DNA of 64,000 nucleotides from Vicinamibacteria bacterium (GTDB lineage: Bacteria > Acidobacteriota > Vicinamibacteria > Marinacidobacterales > Marinacidobacteraceae): contig CAXXLQ010000004.1 of assembly GCA_963668695.2 (NCBI GenBank), positions 704,001 through 768,000 on the forward strand, in the 5' to 3' direction. Under the pieces are notes generated by a model. It was not told where the DNA came from. It searched no databases and was given only the letters and a program-made list of their open reading frames with translations. The position numbers and the translations under genes are program-made. Positions 9,911-19,250 of the stretch are shown here, piece by piece; the stretch's first letter is position 1, and each line of letters begins with the position of its first letter.

Positions 9911-10437
9911 TAGCAGTCCATGGACGAAGTCGCGCGGCGTTCAACCGGCGCTGCATCCCGGCTGAGACGTGCCGCTCTCAGTCGTGGCGCGCAGCGACGC
10001 GGTGAACAGCCGGTGGTGGAACCCGCGTGAGCGCCGAGGCCGGCCAGTTCTCCCGGTGGGGGTCCGGCTGACAAGGCGCGTGAGGGAGGAATACCGGGTG
10101 TATTTCGACCGAAACGCAACGATGAGCGGCGCGAAGCGACGCGGTGAACAGCCGGTGGTGGAACCCGCGTGAGCGCCGAGGCCGGCCAGTTCTCCCGGTG
10201 GGGGCGAGGCCCAGTTCTCCCGGTGGGGGTCCGGCTGACAAGGCGCGTGAGGGAGGAATACCGGGTGTATTTCGACCGAAACGCAACGATGAGCGGCGCG
10301 CAGCGACGCGGTTCAGCCGGGATGGATCGCCGGCCGAGCCCCCACCGGGAGAACTGGGCCGCGTGGGTTTCATCACCGGTTGTTTGGCCGGGATGGATCG
10401 CCGGTCGAACGCCGTGTGGGTTTTGCCACAGGCTGTT
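9911..10437. mobile_element. MITE-like family A, nested cluster (one fragment plus two copies)
   Basis: Left ends AACAGCCGGTGGTGGAACCC at 10005 and 10147. Right ends at ~10384 and 10437. The core occurs twice. A further partial end starts at 9911. Confidence 0.8.
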
Positions 10438-10443
10438 GGACCG

Positions 10444-11436
10444 TTAGACGAAGAGCGAGCTGACCGACGCCTCCCCGTGCACGCTCTCGATAGCGCGCGC
10501 GAAGAGCGAAGCAACGGACAGAACTTCGATCTTGGTACTCCTCGCAAGGACCTCCCGGGAGTGCGGAATCGTGTCTCCCACGATGAGCCGCTCGAGTGGG
10601 CCGTCTTCCACCCGCTGAACCGCGGGACCGGAAAGGACGGCGTGCGTGCAGGCCGCGAGCACCCGGATGGCCCCGTCCTCCCGGAGCGCCTCGGCGGCCC
10701 GCACCAGAGTGCCGGCGGAGTCCACGATGTCATCAACCAGCACGGCGGAACGGCCGCGGACATCGCCGACCACGTGGATGGTCTCCACTTCGTTGTCGCT
10801 GCCCCGCCGCTTGTCCATGACGGCAATACCGACTCCGAGCTTTTTGCCGTATGCGCGAGCCCGTTCGACGCCCCCGGCGTCCGGCGAGACCACGATCGGC
10901 CGTTCCAGATCGAGGCTTGGCAGATGTTCCAGCATGACCGGCGTGGCGTACAGGTGATCCACGGGAATGTCGAAGTAACCCTGAATCTGACCGGCATGGA
11001 GATCCATGCAGATCACGCGGTGCACTCCGGCCACGGTGAGCAGGTCGGCCACCAGCTTGGCCGAAATGGGCACCCTCGGACGGTCCTTCCGGTCCTGTCG
11101 CGCGTACCCGTAGTAGGGGATCACCGCATTGATGCGGGCGGCGGATGCCCGCTTCAGCGCGTCCACCATGATGAGCAGTTCCATCAGGTTTTCGTTGACG
11201 GGCGGAGAGGTGGACTGGATCACGAAGACATCCGCGCCACGAACGTTGTCCTTGATCTGGAAGCGGACCTCTCCGTCCCGGAAGCGGCCGAGCGAGACCT
11301 CGCAGAGCGGAACGGCAAGGTGCCGTGCGATCTCGGCAGCCAAACGCGGATTGGACGAGCCCCCGATGACCTTGAGTTCACCGGCGAACCCGTGGGTCCG
11401 GGACTCGTACCGGCGCTCGGTAGTTGACTCGGTCAC
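10444..11436 (-). CDS. prs: Ribose-phosphate pyrophosphokinase
   Basis: PYYGYARQDRK, DLHAGQIQGYF, VSPDAGG, VDDIVDSAGT. Confidence 0.97.
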   Translation of the reverse strand: MTESTTERRYESRTHGFAGELKVIGGSSNPRLAAEIARHLAVPLCEVSLGRFRDGEVRFQIKDNVRGADVFVIQSTSPPVNENLMELLIMVDALKRASAARINAVIPYYGYARQDRKDRPRVPISAKLVADLLTVAGVHRVICMDLHAGQIQGYFDIPVDHLYATPVMLEHLPSLDLERPIVVSPDAGGVERARAYGKKLGVGIAVMDKRRGSDNEVETIHVVGDVRGRSAVLVDDIVDSAGTLVRAAEALREDGAIRVLAACTHAVLSGPAVQRVEDGPLERLIVGDTIPHSREVLARSTKIEVLSVASLFARAIESVHGEASVSSLFV

Positions 11437-11531
11437 TTCGCTGGAACGGCGGGCGACCGGCGACCGCCAACACGGAAACGCAAGTGTTGGAAGATCACGG
11501 ACGGATTAACGGCGCACACTGGATCTGAAGG

Positions 11532-11603
11532 CTGGGGCGGAAGGATTCGAACCCTCGTAGACCGGAACCAAAATCCGGCGCCTATCCCCTCGGCCACGCC
11601 CCA
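11532..11603 (-). tRNA. tRNA-Gln(TTG), CCA not encoded
   Basis: TGGGGCGTGGCCGAGGGGATAGGCG CCGGA TTTTGGT TCCGG..GGTTCGAATCC. Conserved ispE-tRNA-Gln-prs position. Confidence 0.93.
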
Positions 11604-12565
11604 TCCGGCCGGCTCCCGAAGAGGGCCGCCCGGTGTTCACTTCGGGAAATCGTGCGGGTGGCGATCGCCCGAAGGTTGCCCCGCGAAAGTCGGGAGGCCG
11701 CCAGTGTCGCGCGCTGCCGGTCAGGGAATACGCCGAACACTGCTGACCCGCTTCCCGACATGGCTGTTTCCACCGCTCCGGCTGCACGCAGGGCGCTCCG
11801 CATCCGCGAGATCGCATCGGGAGGCCGGGTCGTTTGCAGCACGGTAGACCGTTCAAGGTCGTTCGGAAAGCACCCTACGAAGAGCTTGCCACTAAGTTGG
11901 GGCCCCGAGGGACCCGACTCGAGAAACCGTAACAGAGTATCGGTCCGGACGTACCCACCGTCTCGGGAGATCGACGCCGGCGGCTTCGGGAGACCACGAT
12001 AGGCGTCCGGAGTCGGAATCATGAAGTCCGGAATCAGCAGCACGAGCGGTAGCTCCGCTGTCGCGGATACCGGAAACACCTGTTCTCCGCGGCCGGTAGC
12101 GACGGCGAGGCCTCCGTACAGAAAGAACGGAACGTCCATCCCGACCGCGGCCAGCAGGCGGTGCAGCGCGTGCCGGCGAAGTCCGAGTCCGAACAGCCGA
12201 TTCAGGCCCACGAGCGCCGCGGCGGCGTCAGAGCTTCCCCCGCCGAGTCCGCGGCCAGCGGGGATGTTCTTCTGGAGGCGAATGCGCACTCCGGGAAGAC
12301 TCCGTCCGACGAATTCCTGAAGCAGCAGGGCCGAGCGAACGACCAGGTTCGTTTCGTCCGTCGGGATGGAGGGGGTGTCGCATTCCAGCGCCAGACAGTC
12401 GCCGCCCGGTTCGAAGGTGAGGGTGTCCCAGAGATCCACCGAGGCCAGCACGGTACGGATTTCGTGGTAACCGTCGGGACGTCGGGAAAGAACCCGAAGT
12501 CCCAGATTGATCTTGGCCGGGGTTCTGATGACCAGGGAGCGACCGGACGAGTCCCCGCCGATCAT
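11582..12565 (-). CDS. ispE: 4-diphosphocytidyl-2-C-methyl-D-erythritol kinase
   Basis: PAKINLGL..GYHEI, KNIPAGRGLGGGSSDAAA, DVPFF, MSGSGS. Confidence 0.95.
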   Translation of the reverse strand: MIGGDSSGRSLVIRTPAKINLGLRVLSRRPDGYHEIRTVLASVDLWDTLTFEPGGDCLALECDTPSIPTDETNLVVRSALLLQEFVGRSLPGVRIRLQKNIPAGRGLGGGSSDAAAALVGLNRLFGLGLRRHALHRLLAAVGMDVPFFLYGGLAVATGRGEQVFPVSATAELPLVLLIPDFMIPTPDAYRGLPKPPASISRDGGYVRTDTLLRFLESGPSGPQLSGKLFVGCFPNDLERSTVLQTTRPPDAISRMRSALRAAGAVETAMSGSGSAVFGVFPDRQRATLAASRLSRGNLRAIATRTISRSEHRAALFGSRPDGAWPRG

Positions 12566-12583
12566 CGCCAACCCCTCCCGGCT

Positions 12584-13136
12584 AACGGCCTGTGAACAAA
12601 GTCGCGCGGCCCAGTTGCGGTGAAGATGCACTCGCGCCGGGACGCCGACAACCCGGATGGCGCGCAGGCAAGGGAACGCCGGTCTTCAGACCGGCACCGC
12701 AGCCCGCAGGGCCGCGAAACCGCGTACCGCCGATCGCGAACAAGCGCGGGGACGCGGCGCCGGGCCAACGTGAGTGCAGCTCGCTCTCCCAACCCCGGAT
12801 GGCGCCACCGCCCATCGCTCCCCCTACCCGGGGCCGCGCCTTTTTCATGTTGGCGGGGCATGCAGGCGGACCCGATCATGGGGGTTTCTCCCGGTGGGGG
12901 CCTCGGCGCTCCCGCCACTGTATCCACAGGCTGTTAACAGCCTGTGGTGGAACCCGGGTGAGCGCCGAGAGCGGGGAGGCGCCCGGCTGACAAGGCGCGT
13001 GAGGGAGGAATACCTGGTGTATTTCGACCGAAACACAACGCCGAGCGCCGCAAAGCGCCAGTTCTCCCGGTGGGGGGGCGGTTCAGGCGGGATGGATCGC
13101 CGCTCGAACGCCGCGTGGGTTTCACCACAGGCTGTT
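12584..13136. mobile_element. MITE-like family A, two adjacent copies (12584-12935 with atypical interior; 12936-13136 typical)
   Basis: Junction CCACAGGCTG-TTAA-CAGCCTGTGG at ~12924-12947. Outer ends AACGGCCTGTGAACAAAGT and CCACAGGCTGTT. Confidence 0.78.
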
Positions 13137-13989
13137 AACGCTCCGGGAGCCTGGAGGTCCGACTCAGTTCCCGGATCTCAGCCCTTTGGTAACCCGCGGG
13201 GATCCGGACCCGGAAGGAATCGGCATGCAGGGTGGCGTTCACCTCGAGTTCCTCGATGGTGAGGGTGGCCTGGACGCGCTGCGAAGCGACCTCGACCCGG
13301 CGCGGCACCTGTCGCCCCTGCCGGCGGTAGTTGCCGGGATAGCGTGCCTCGTAGCCGGGGGCCACCACCCGCCGCACCTGCGCCTCGGGCCCCGGACCAT
13401 CCCACCAGATTTCAGCGCCACTCTCGAGGACGACTGACCCGCCGGCCGGGAGCGAGCGGATGTTCGCCGGACCCCCGACGGGCGCGCCACTCCCGACGAG
13501 GAGGGCCGCAACCTGCTTGAGCCCAACGGAAACTCCTAGCAGCGGGCCGGTGAATTCGCTGAGTTCCACTCCTTCGGCGAAAGCTCGCTCCCCGGGGACT
13601 ACCAGGCGGACATCACCCGGTGCGGCAACGACGGTCCAGCGGGAGCCCCCGACCGGAGCGAAGAGTTCGAGTCTCATGGCCTCGACCGCTTCCGGGTCCG
13701 CTCCCTCGGCCGGGCGGGTGAACACGACGAGCAGACGTCCCGAAAACCGCCCCCGCTGACCTTCTCCGCGCAGGCCCACCACGGCCTGATAGCGCCGAAC
13801 GCTGGCCGCCAGGGTGGCGGTCTCGTCCAGTAGTCGAAATGCGTCGGTTTCGTTCAGGGGTACCGGCGGCATCCGGGGGTTCCGGGTAGCGCATCCGAAT
13901 GATGCCCCGATGAACCAGAGCACCAGGACCCGGAGCGCTGCGTCGCGGCGCCGGCGTCGGCCGATTCGCGGCGGCTCCGGCGGAACCAG
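13135..13989 (-). CDS. Putative lipoprotein, LolB-like position and fold (start uncertain)
   Basis: Hydrophobic stretch and lipobox-like FGC, beta-rich body, located between a TPR gene and ispE. The longer ORF call runs into a MITE. Confidence 0.6.
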   Translation of the reverse strand: MVPPEPPRIGRRRRRDAALRVLVLWFIGASFGCATRNPRMPPVPLNETDAFRLLDETATLAASVRRYQAVVGLRGEGQRGRFSGRLLVVFTRPAEGADPEAVEAMRLELFAPVGGSRWTVVAAPGDVRLVVPGERAFAEGVELSEFTGPLLGVSVGLKQVAALLVGSGAPVGGPANIRSLPAGGSVVLESGAEIWWDGPGPEAQVRRVVAPGYEARYPGNYRRQGRQVPRRVEVASQRVQATLTIEELEVNATLHADSFRVRIPAGYQRAEIRELSRTSRLPER

Positions 13990-14007
13990 GCTCGCTCGCC
14001 CGCTACC

Positions 14008-14225
14008 AGCAGCCTGTGGACAAAGTCTCGCGGCCCAGTTCTCCCGGTGGGGGCTCGAGCGGCGATCCATCCCGGCTGAGCACTCCGCTTCGCGTCGTTC
14101 AACGTTGCGCTTCGGTCGAAATACACCCGGGCCAGTTCTCCCGGTGGGGGCTCCTCCCTCGCGCGCCTTGTCAGCCGGGCGCCTCATCGGTCTCGGCGCT
14201 CACGCCACTTTATCCACAGGCTGCT
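14008..14225. mobile_element. MITE-like family A, copy (reverse orientation)
   Basis: AGCAGCCTGTGGACAAAGT ... ACTTTATCCACAGGCTGCT. Confidence 0.82.
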
Positions 14226-16239
14226 AACGGTCGTTACCAGCTTCCTCGATTTTTCGGGCGATTGCCTCTCGTTCGAGTTCCTGGTCGCCGTCGTGCTGCA
14301 GGGCCATCCGCCAGAAGCGGACCGCTTCCTCGGTGTTCCCTTTCGCCCGGTAGAGATCGCCGAGATGGTCCAAAACCACACCGTTTTCCGGCATGCACTG
14401 CTGCGCGCGAAGCAGATTCGATTCCGCCAGACTCAGGTCACCCTTCCGGAATTGCACCCAGCCGAGGCTGTCGAGGTAGGAGCCGCTATAGGGATCCTCC
14501 CTGAGCGCCCGCTGGATCAATTCCTCAGACTCATCAAGGCGATCGTTCCGGTCGGCAAGCATGAAGCCGAGGTAGTTGAGAGCCAGGTCGTGGTCAGGCT
14601 CTAGCGCAATGACGCGGCGGAACTCTTCCTCCGCTTCCTGGAGTCTTCCCTGACGCTCGAGCAGCGCAGCAAGCTGGAATCGGAATGCCTGGTCATCCGC
14701 CTTTTCTGCAAGCCACTGGCGGGCAATCCTCTCCGCGGCGGGGAGGTCTCCGGCTTCGACGTGGTGGCGGAGCAGCGCGTGCACCACTCCCCCGGTGTCG
14801 GGGTACTCGGCAACCAGGCCCCGGAGAATCCCGAGTGCCGCGTCGTGGCGGCCTGCCGCGTTCAGCACCCGAGCCTGGAGCGCTAGCAATCCGGGTTCCC
14901 CTGGCCGGTCGTCGATCAATTCCTCAACGAGTTCTGCTGCCTCATCCGGCTGGCCGGCGGCCAACCGGTTCTGCACGAGCGCAACCCGATAGCGGAACGC
15001 CTCGGGGGACTCCCCGGCGAGCTGGACGGCCTCGGCGAGTACGTCATACGCCTGGTTGTAGTCGCCGGCCTGCTCCAGGGTCTGCGCAAGGCGGCCCAGA
15101 GCTTCCCGGCGGCGGCCAAGACCGTACGCGTTCTGCGGAAGCGACACCAGGGTCTGGAATTCCTCGGCCGCCCGCCCGAACTGGCAGCGAGCGGCAAAGA
15201 CACCACCGAGCGCCAGCCTTGCCGGAACACTTCGGTCGTTCTCTTGCAGCAGCCGGACGAGCGCTGCTTCCGCGTCTTCGAGCCGCCGTTGCTGTCGCCG
15301 CACCATCGCGAGACCCATGAGCGCAATCTCGCTCCGCGGCTCGGCTGCGAGCAGGCGTTCGAATGCCTGCGCGGCCTCATCCAGCCTGCCGAGTCGGGCC
15401 AAACCGTCCGCAAGCGATAGGCGGAGCGCCTGATCGTCCGGGTATTCGATCGACCCCGCCTCGTACAGTGCTACCACTTCTGCGAGCGCCTCTTCCGGAG
15501 ACCGGCCGGGGATCTCACCGTTTCGGAGGAGATCGTCGGCCATCTCACGTGCGTCCGGCTGGCGTGGTTCGATGCGGAGGGATTGGAGGAGATAGTCGAA
15601 TGCCTGCTCCCGATCGCCCGCCGTGAGCCGAAGCTGTGCCAGGAGCAACAGTTCCCCAAAGGCATCGGGGGCCCGGCGGACAAGTTCACGAAGGTGGGTT
15701 GCCGCCTCCTCTCCCCGCTGCGAAGCAGCGAGCAGGCGGGCAAGCTCCGACCGGCTGCGGAGGTCCTCGGGGTCGAGGCGCACTGCCTCGCTCAGCGAAG
15801 AAATCGCCTGCGCGGCGGCCTCCGAGTCGTCTCCAGACCGCAGGCGCCGGAAATACACGGCGCCGAGGACCCGGTGGGCGGCGGCGGCCTCTGGATCCCG
15901 CGCTACGGCCTCGGCCGCGGCTGCCTCTGCAGCGTCGAGATCGAAAGCCGCCAGATTGAGATTGGCGATGGCGATGAGCGGTTCGGCCGCTTGCAGGTCG
16001 AGTTCCGCCGCCCTCCGGTAGGCAGCGACGGCTTCTTCCCGCCCTCCGGACATCTCGGCGAGCCACCCTTCGCCGTACACCCGATAGGCCTCGGCGACCG
16101 CATCGATAGCGACCGGTTCTTCAGCGTCGCCGGTTTGCTCGGGCTCCGTACCGGTGGAACCGGGTTCCTGAGCTCCCAACGCCGTGCCAGGCGCCGCCCC
16201 GAGGAGCGCCAGCAGAACCCAGAGGACCGTCCGCGACAT
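14224..16239 (-). CDS. Secreted tetratricopeptide repeat protein
   Basis: Signal peptide MSRTVLWVLLALLGAA, many TPRs, C-terminal ALNYLGFMLAD..YLDSLGWV..DHLGDLY typical of the TPR gene upstream of lolB/ispE. Confidence 0.88.
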   Translation of the reverse strand: MSRTVLWVLLALLGAAPGTALGAQEPGSTGTEPEQTGDAEEPVAIDAVAEAYRVYGEGWLAEMSGGREEAVAAYRRAAELDLQAAEPLIAIANLNLAAFDLDAAEAAAAEAVARDPEAAAAHRVLGAVYFRRLRSGDDSEAAAQAISSLSEAVRLDPEDLRSRSELARLLAASQRGEEAATHLRELVRRAPDAFGELLLLAQLRLTAGDREQAFDYLLQSLRIEPRQPDAREMADDLLRNGEIPGRSPEEALAEVVALYEAGSIEYPDDQALRLSLADGLARLGRLDEAAQAFERLLAAEPRSEIALMGLAMVRRQQRRLEDAEAALVRLLQENDRSVPARLALGGVFAARCQFGRAAEEFQTLVSLPQNAYGLGRRREALGRLAQTLEQAGDYNQAYDVLAEAVQLAGESPEAFRYRVALVQNRLAAGQPDEAAELVEELIDDRPGEPGLLALQARVLNAAGRHDAALGILRGLVAEYPDTGGVVHALLRHHVEAGDLPAAERIARQWLAEKADDQAFRFQLAALLERQGRLQEAEEEFRRVIALEPDHDLALNYLGFMLADRNDRLDESEELIQRALREDPYSGSYLDSLGWVQFRKGDLSLAESNLLRAQQCMPENGVVLDHLGDLYRAKGNTEEAVRFWRMALQHDGDQELEREAIARKIEEAGNDR

Positions 16240-16497
16240 AGAACGGGAATTTACCGCTGCCGGCAAGTGAGCGCCGCTCGCGCGCCGCCGTGAGCTCGGT
16301 TCCGCCGGTGGATGGAACGCTGGGCAGGTCTCCCGACGCAGCCGTTCACACCGGCAGAACTGGCCGGCGCCCCGTGGTAATGGGGCGCATCCGCCTCGGC
16401 ACCTGGCGTCTCGGGCGCCATTCGGTCCGGCGCCTCCGACAAGAGAACCGCCTGGCACTCGCTGATCAGAGGTGCGCTTCCCGAACGAGGGGAAAGG

Positions 16498-17252
16498 CTG
16501 ACGGCAGCGAACATTGTTCGCTGCCCGCCTGATCGGGGGGAATGTGTGAAAGGGGCACTCCCCCCTTCACGATCAACAACGACCCATCGGAACTCGCCAC
16601 CGCGCGCCAGCTGAACAGCGATGTGAGATCCAGGCCCGCGGAATCGCGCGTCTCGCCCGCCTGCGACGGGCGATGCCGACCGGAGGTCGGCACTCCCTTC
16701 CCACCGCGCCGTCGGGATGAACGGCAGGGCGCATTTCCCGGGACGGCGCGGACCCCGAGCAGGTAGAGACTGACGGCAGCGAACTCTGTTCGCTGCCCGC
16801 GTGACCGGGGGGAAAGTGTGAAAGGGGGCACTCCCCCTTTCATTTTCCGGAGCGCGGTAAAAGCCGCGCGCAGACGCCGGAGCGGGAGCGCCTGGGTTCG
16901 GGGTCACCCGAACCCCAGGCGCTCCTGACTCGGCAATCAACAACGACCCATCGGAACTCGCCACCGCGCGCCAGCTGAACAGCGATGTGAGATCCAGGCC
17001 CGCGGAATCGCGCGTTTCGCCCGCCTGCGACGGGCGATGCCGACTGAAGGTCGGCGCTCCCTTCCCACCGCGCCGTCGGGATGAACGGCAGGGCGCATTT
17101 CCCGGGACGGCGCGGACCCCGAGCAGGTAGAGACTGATGGCAGCGAACTCTGTTCGCTGCCCGCGTGACCGGGGGGAACGTGTGAAAGGGGGGCTCGCCC
17201 CCCTTTCACAAACCAACAACAACCCATCGGAACTCGCCGCCGCGCGCCGCTG
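16498..17252. repeat. Structured tandem repeat, ~270-bp unit (two full plus two partial copies)
   Basis: 16574-16842 is near-identical to 16938-17208. The 3' part is repeated at 16498-16570 and the 5' part at 17214-17252. Each unit has several hairpins. Confidence 0.9.
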
Positions 17253-17378
17253 GCGCGCAAGGGAGTTTCGATGGCCGGCGCGGAGCGCCGGGCGGTTCCC
17301 GGACGGGGCCCGAACACAAACAAACACCATGGCACCCACTCGACAGCAACCCGTCGCCCCGTCCGGGGACCGCTCGAC

Positions 17379-18965
17379 CTAATGCCGAAAGTGGCGGGCG
17401 CCGGTAAGGACCATCGCCAAACCCCGCTCGTTGGCAGCGTCGATGACCTCCTGGTCCCGCACGGAACCACCGGGCTGGATCACAGCGGAAATTCCCGCAT
17501 CAGCGAGCACTTCCAGCCCGTCGGCAAACGGGAAGAACGCATCCGATGCCGCCACCGCACCATCGAGCGAGGACTGAGCCTTCTCGACCGCCAGCCGGCA
17601 GGAGTCGAGCCGGCTCATCTGACCGGCACCCACCCCGAGAAGCGCGCTGCCGCGGCCAACGACGATGGCGTTGGACTTGACGTGTTTCGCCGCCTGCCAC
17701 ACGAAGCGGAGACCCTCCCATTCGGACTCGGACGGCTCGCGCCGGGTGGCCACCCGATAGGCGGACTCGTCATCGCCGCGGTCCCAATCCTGGACCAGCA
17801 GGCCGCCCGCAACCCGCGCGAAGGTACGCCCGCTCGGAGCGAAAGCGCGGAGATCGGTCATTTCGATCAGGCGGAGGTTCTTCTTGCGGCGGAGCCGAGC
17901 GAAGGCATCCGGATGGAACGCGGGCGCGGCAATGGCCTCCAGAAACGTCGAGGCCATCTCCTTCGCGGTGTCGAGGTCTACCTCCCGGCTAAGCGCGACG
18001 ATGCCACCGAACGCTGAGACGGGATCGGTGGCTCGGGCGGCCCGATAGGCGTCCAGCAGAGTTTCGGCAACGGCGGCGCCGGCCGGGTTCGAGTGCTTGA
18101 TGATCGCCGCGGCGGCTTCATCCTGCCCGCGGGCGTTCGCGAGATCGGCGACCAGCCGAACCGCTGCATCGAGATCCAGAATGTTGTTGTAGGAGAGTGC
18201 CTTGCCGTGGAGTTGCCGGGCGCCCGGAATGCCGGCGCGCCCGGGTCCCGCGTCGCGGTACAGGGCAGCGGCCTGGTGAGGATTCTCCCCGTAGCGGAGT
18301 TCGGCCACTCTTTCGAACTCGACGGAGACCCGTTCGGGGAAGGCAGCGTCGTCGGCTCCTGGCGCGGCGAAGGAAGCCGCCACGGCGCGGTCGTAGGCAG
18401 CGGTGGCCTGGAAGGCAGTGGCGGCGAGCCGGCGGCGGAGCGCCAACCCGGCGTCGGGCTCGGGATCGTCCAGGGCGGCAAGCACCGCCGCATAGTCGGC
18501 GGAGTCCACGACCACTGCGACGTCCGGCCAGTTCTTGGCCGCGGCGCGGACCAGGCAGGGCCCTCCAATGTCGATGTTCTCTCGAACTTCGTCCTCTTCG
18601 GCCCCTCGGGCCACCGTCTCTTCGAAGGGGTAGAAATTCACCACGACCACATCGATGGGCTCGATGCCGAGTTCGCGAAGGGAGGCGAGGTCATCGGGAC
18701 GCGAACGCCGAGCGAGGATCCCCCCATGGATTCGCGGATGGAGGGTCTTGACGCGGCCATCGAGGATTTCGGGATGTCCGGTCACCTCGGAAACCCCCCG
18801 TACCGCGATGCCGCAATCCTCAAGAAATCGCGCCGTGCCACCACTGGCCACGATCTCGAACCCGCGCTCCACCAGACCGCGGGCGAAGGCGTCGAGACCT
18901 TCCTTGCGGCTGACGCTGAGCAACGCACGTCGCGGAGTGGGGGCGTTGTCGGTCGGGTCATTCAT
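17379..18965 (-). CDS. purH: Bifunctional AICAR transformylase/IMP cyclohydrolase
   Basis: [35 protein letters not shown]. Confidence 0.97.
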   Translation of the reverse strand: MNDPTDNAPTPRRALLSVSRKEGLDAFARGLVERGFEIVASGGTARFLEDCGIAVRGVSEVTGHPEILDGRVKTLHPRIHGGILARRSRPDDLASLRELGIEPIDVVVVNFYPFEETVARGAEEDEVRENIDIGGPCLVRAAAKNWPDVAVVVDSADYAAVLAALDDPEPDAGLALRRRLAATAFQATAAYDRAVAASFAAPGADDAAFPERVSVEFERVAELRYGENPHQAAALYRDAGPGRAGIPGARQLHGKALSYNNILDLDAAVRLVADLANARGQDEAAAAIIKHSNPAGAAVAETLLDAYRAARATDPVSAFGGIVALSREVDLDTAKEMASTFLEAIAAPAFHPDAFARLRRKKNLRLIEMTDLRAFAPSGRTFARVAGGLLVQDWDRGDDESAYRVATRREPSESEWEGLRFVWQAAKHVKSNAIVVGRGSALLGVGAGQMSRLDSCRLAVEKAQSSLDGAVAASDAFFPFADGLEVLADAGISAVIQPGGSVRDQEVIDAANERGLAMVLTGARHFRH

Positions 18966-18987
18966 GGGGCGAAGGGCGGCGGATGCT

Positions 18988-19188
18988 AGCAGCCCACGAA
19001 CAAAGTCACGCGGCGTTCGAGCGGCGATCCATCCCGCCTGAAACACTCCGCTGCGCGTCCTTCATCGTTGCGCGTCGGTCGAAATACACCCGGGCCAGTT
19101 CTCCCGGTGGGGGCTCCTCCCTCGCGCGTCTTGTCAGCCGGGCGCCTCGCCGCTCCCGGCGCTCGCGCCACTTTATCCGCGGACTGCT
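18988..19188. mobile_element. MITE-like family A, copy between purH and selA
   Basis: AGCAGCCCACGAACAAAGT ... ACTTTATCCGCGGACTGCT with the shared core. Confidence 0.8.
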
Positions 19189-19250
19189 AACAGCCCCGTG
19201 GGTATTCTTGGAGGTCGTCGGAGACCTTCTTCCGCTTGCGCAGCAATCCC

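Noticed and set aside
9910-10447. Small ORFs with recurring peptides (RFGRNTPGIPPSRALS, REEYRVYFDR) here and at other loci
   Set aside because: They are translations of the MITE core in various frames with inconsistent starts and stops, so not a transposase or protein family.
16251-17339. 362-aa ORF with internal duplication
   Set aside because: It mirrors the nucleotide repeat, has no domain signal, and the frame is not preserved between unit parts.
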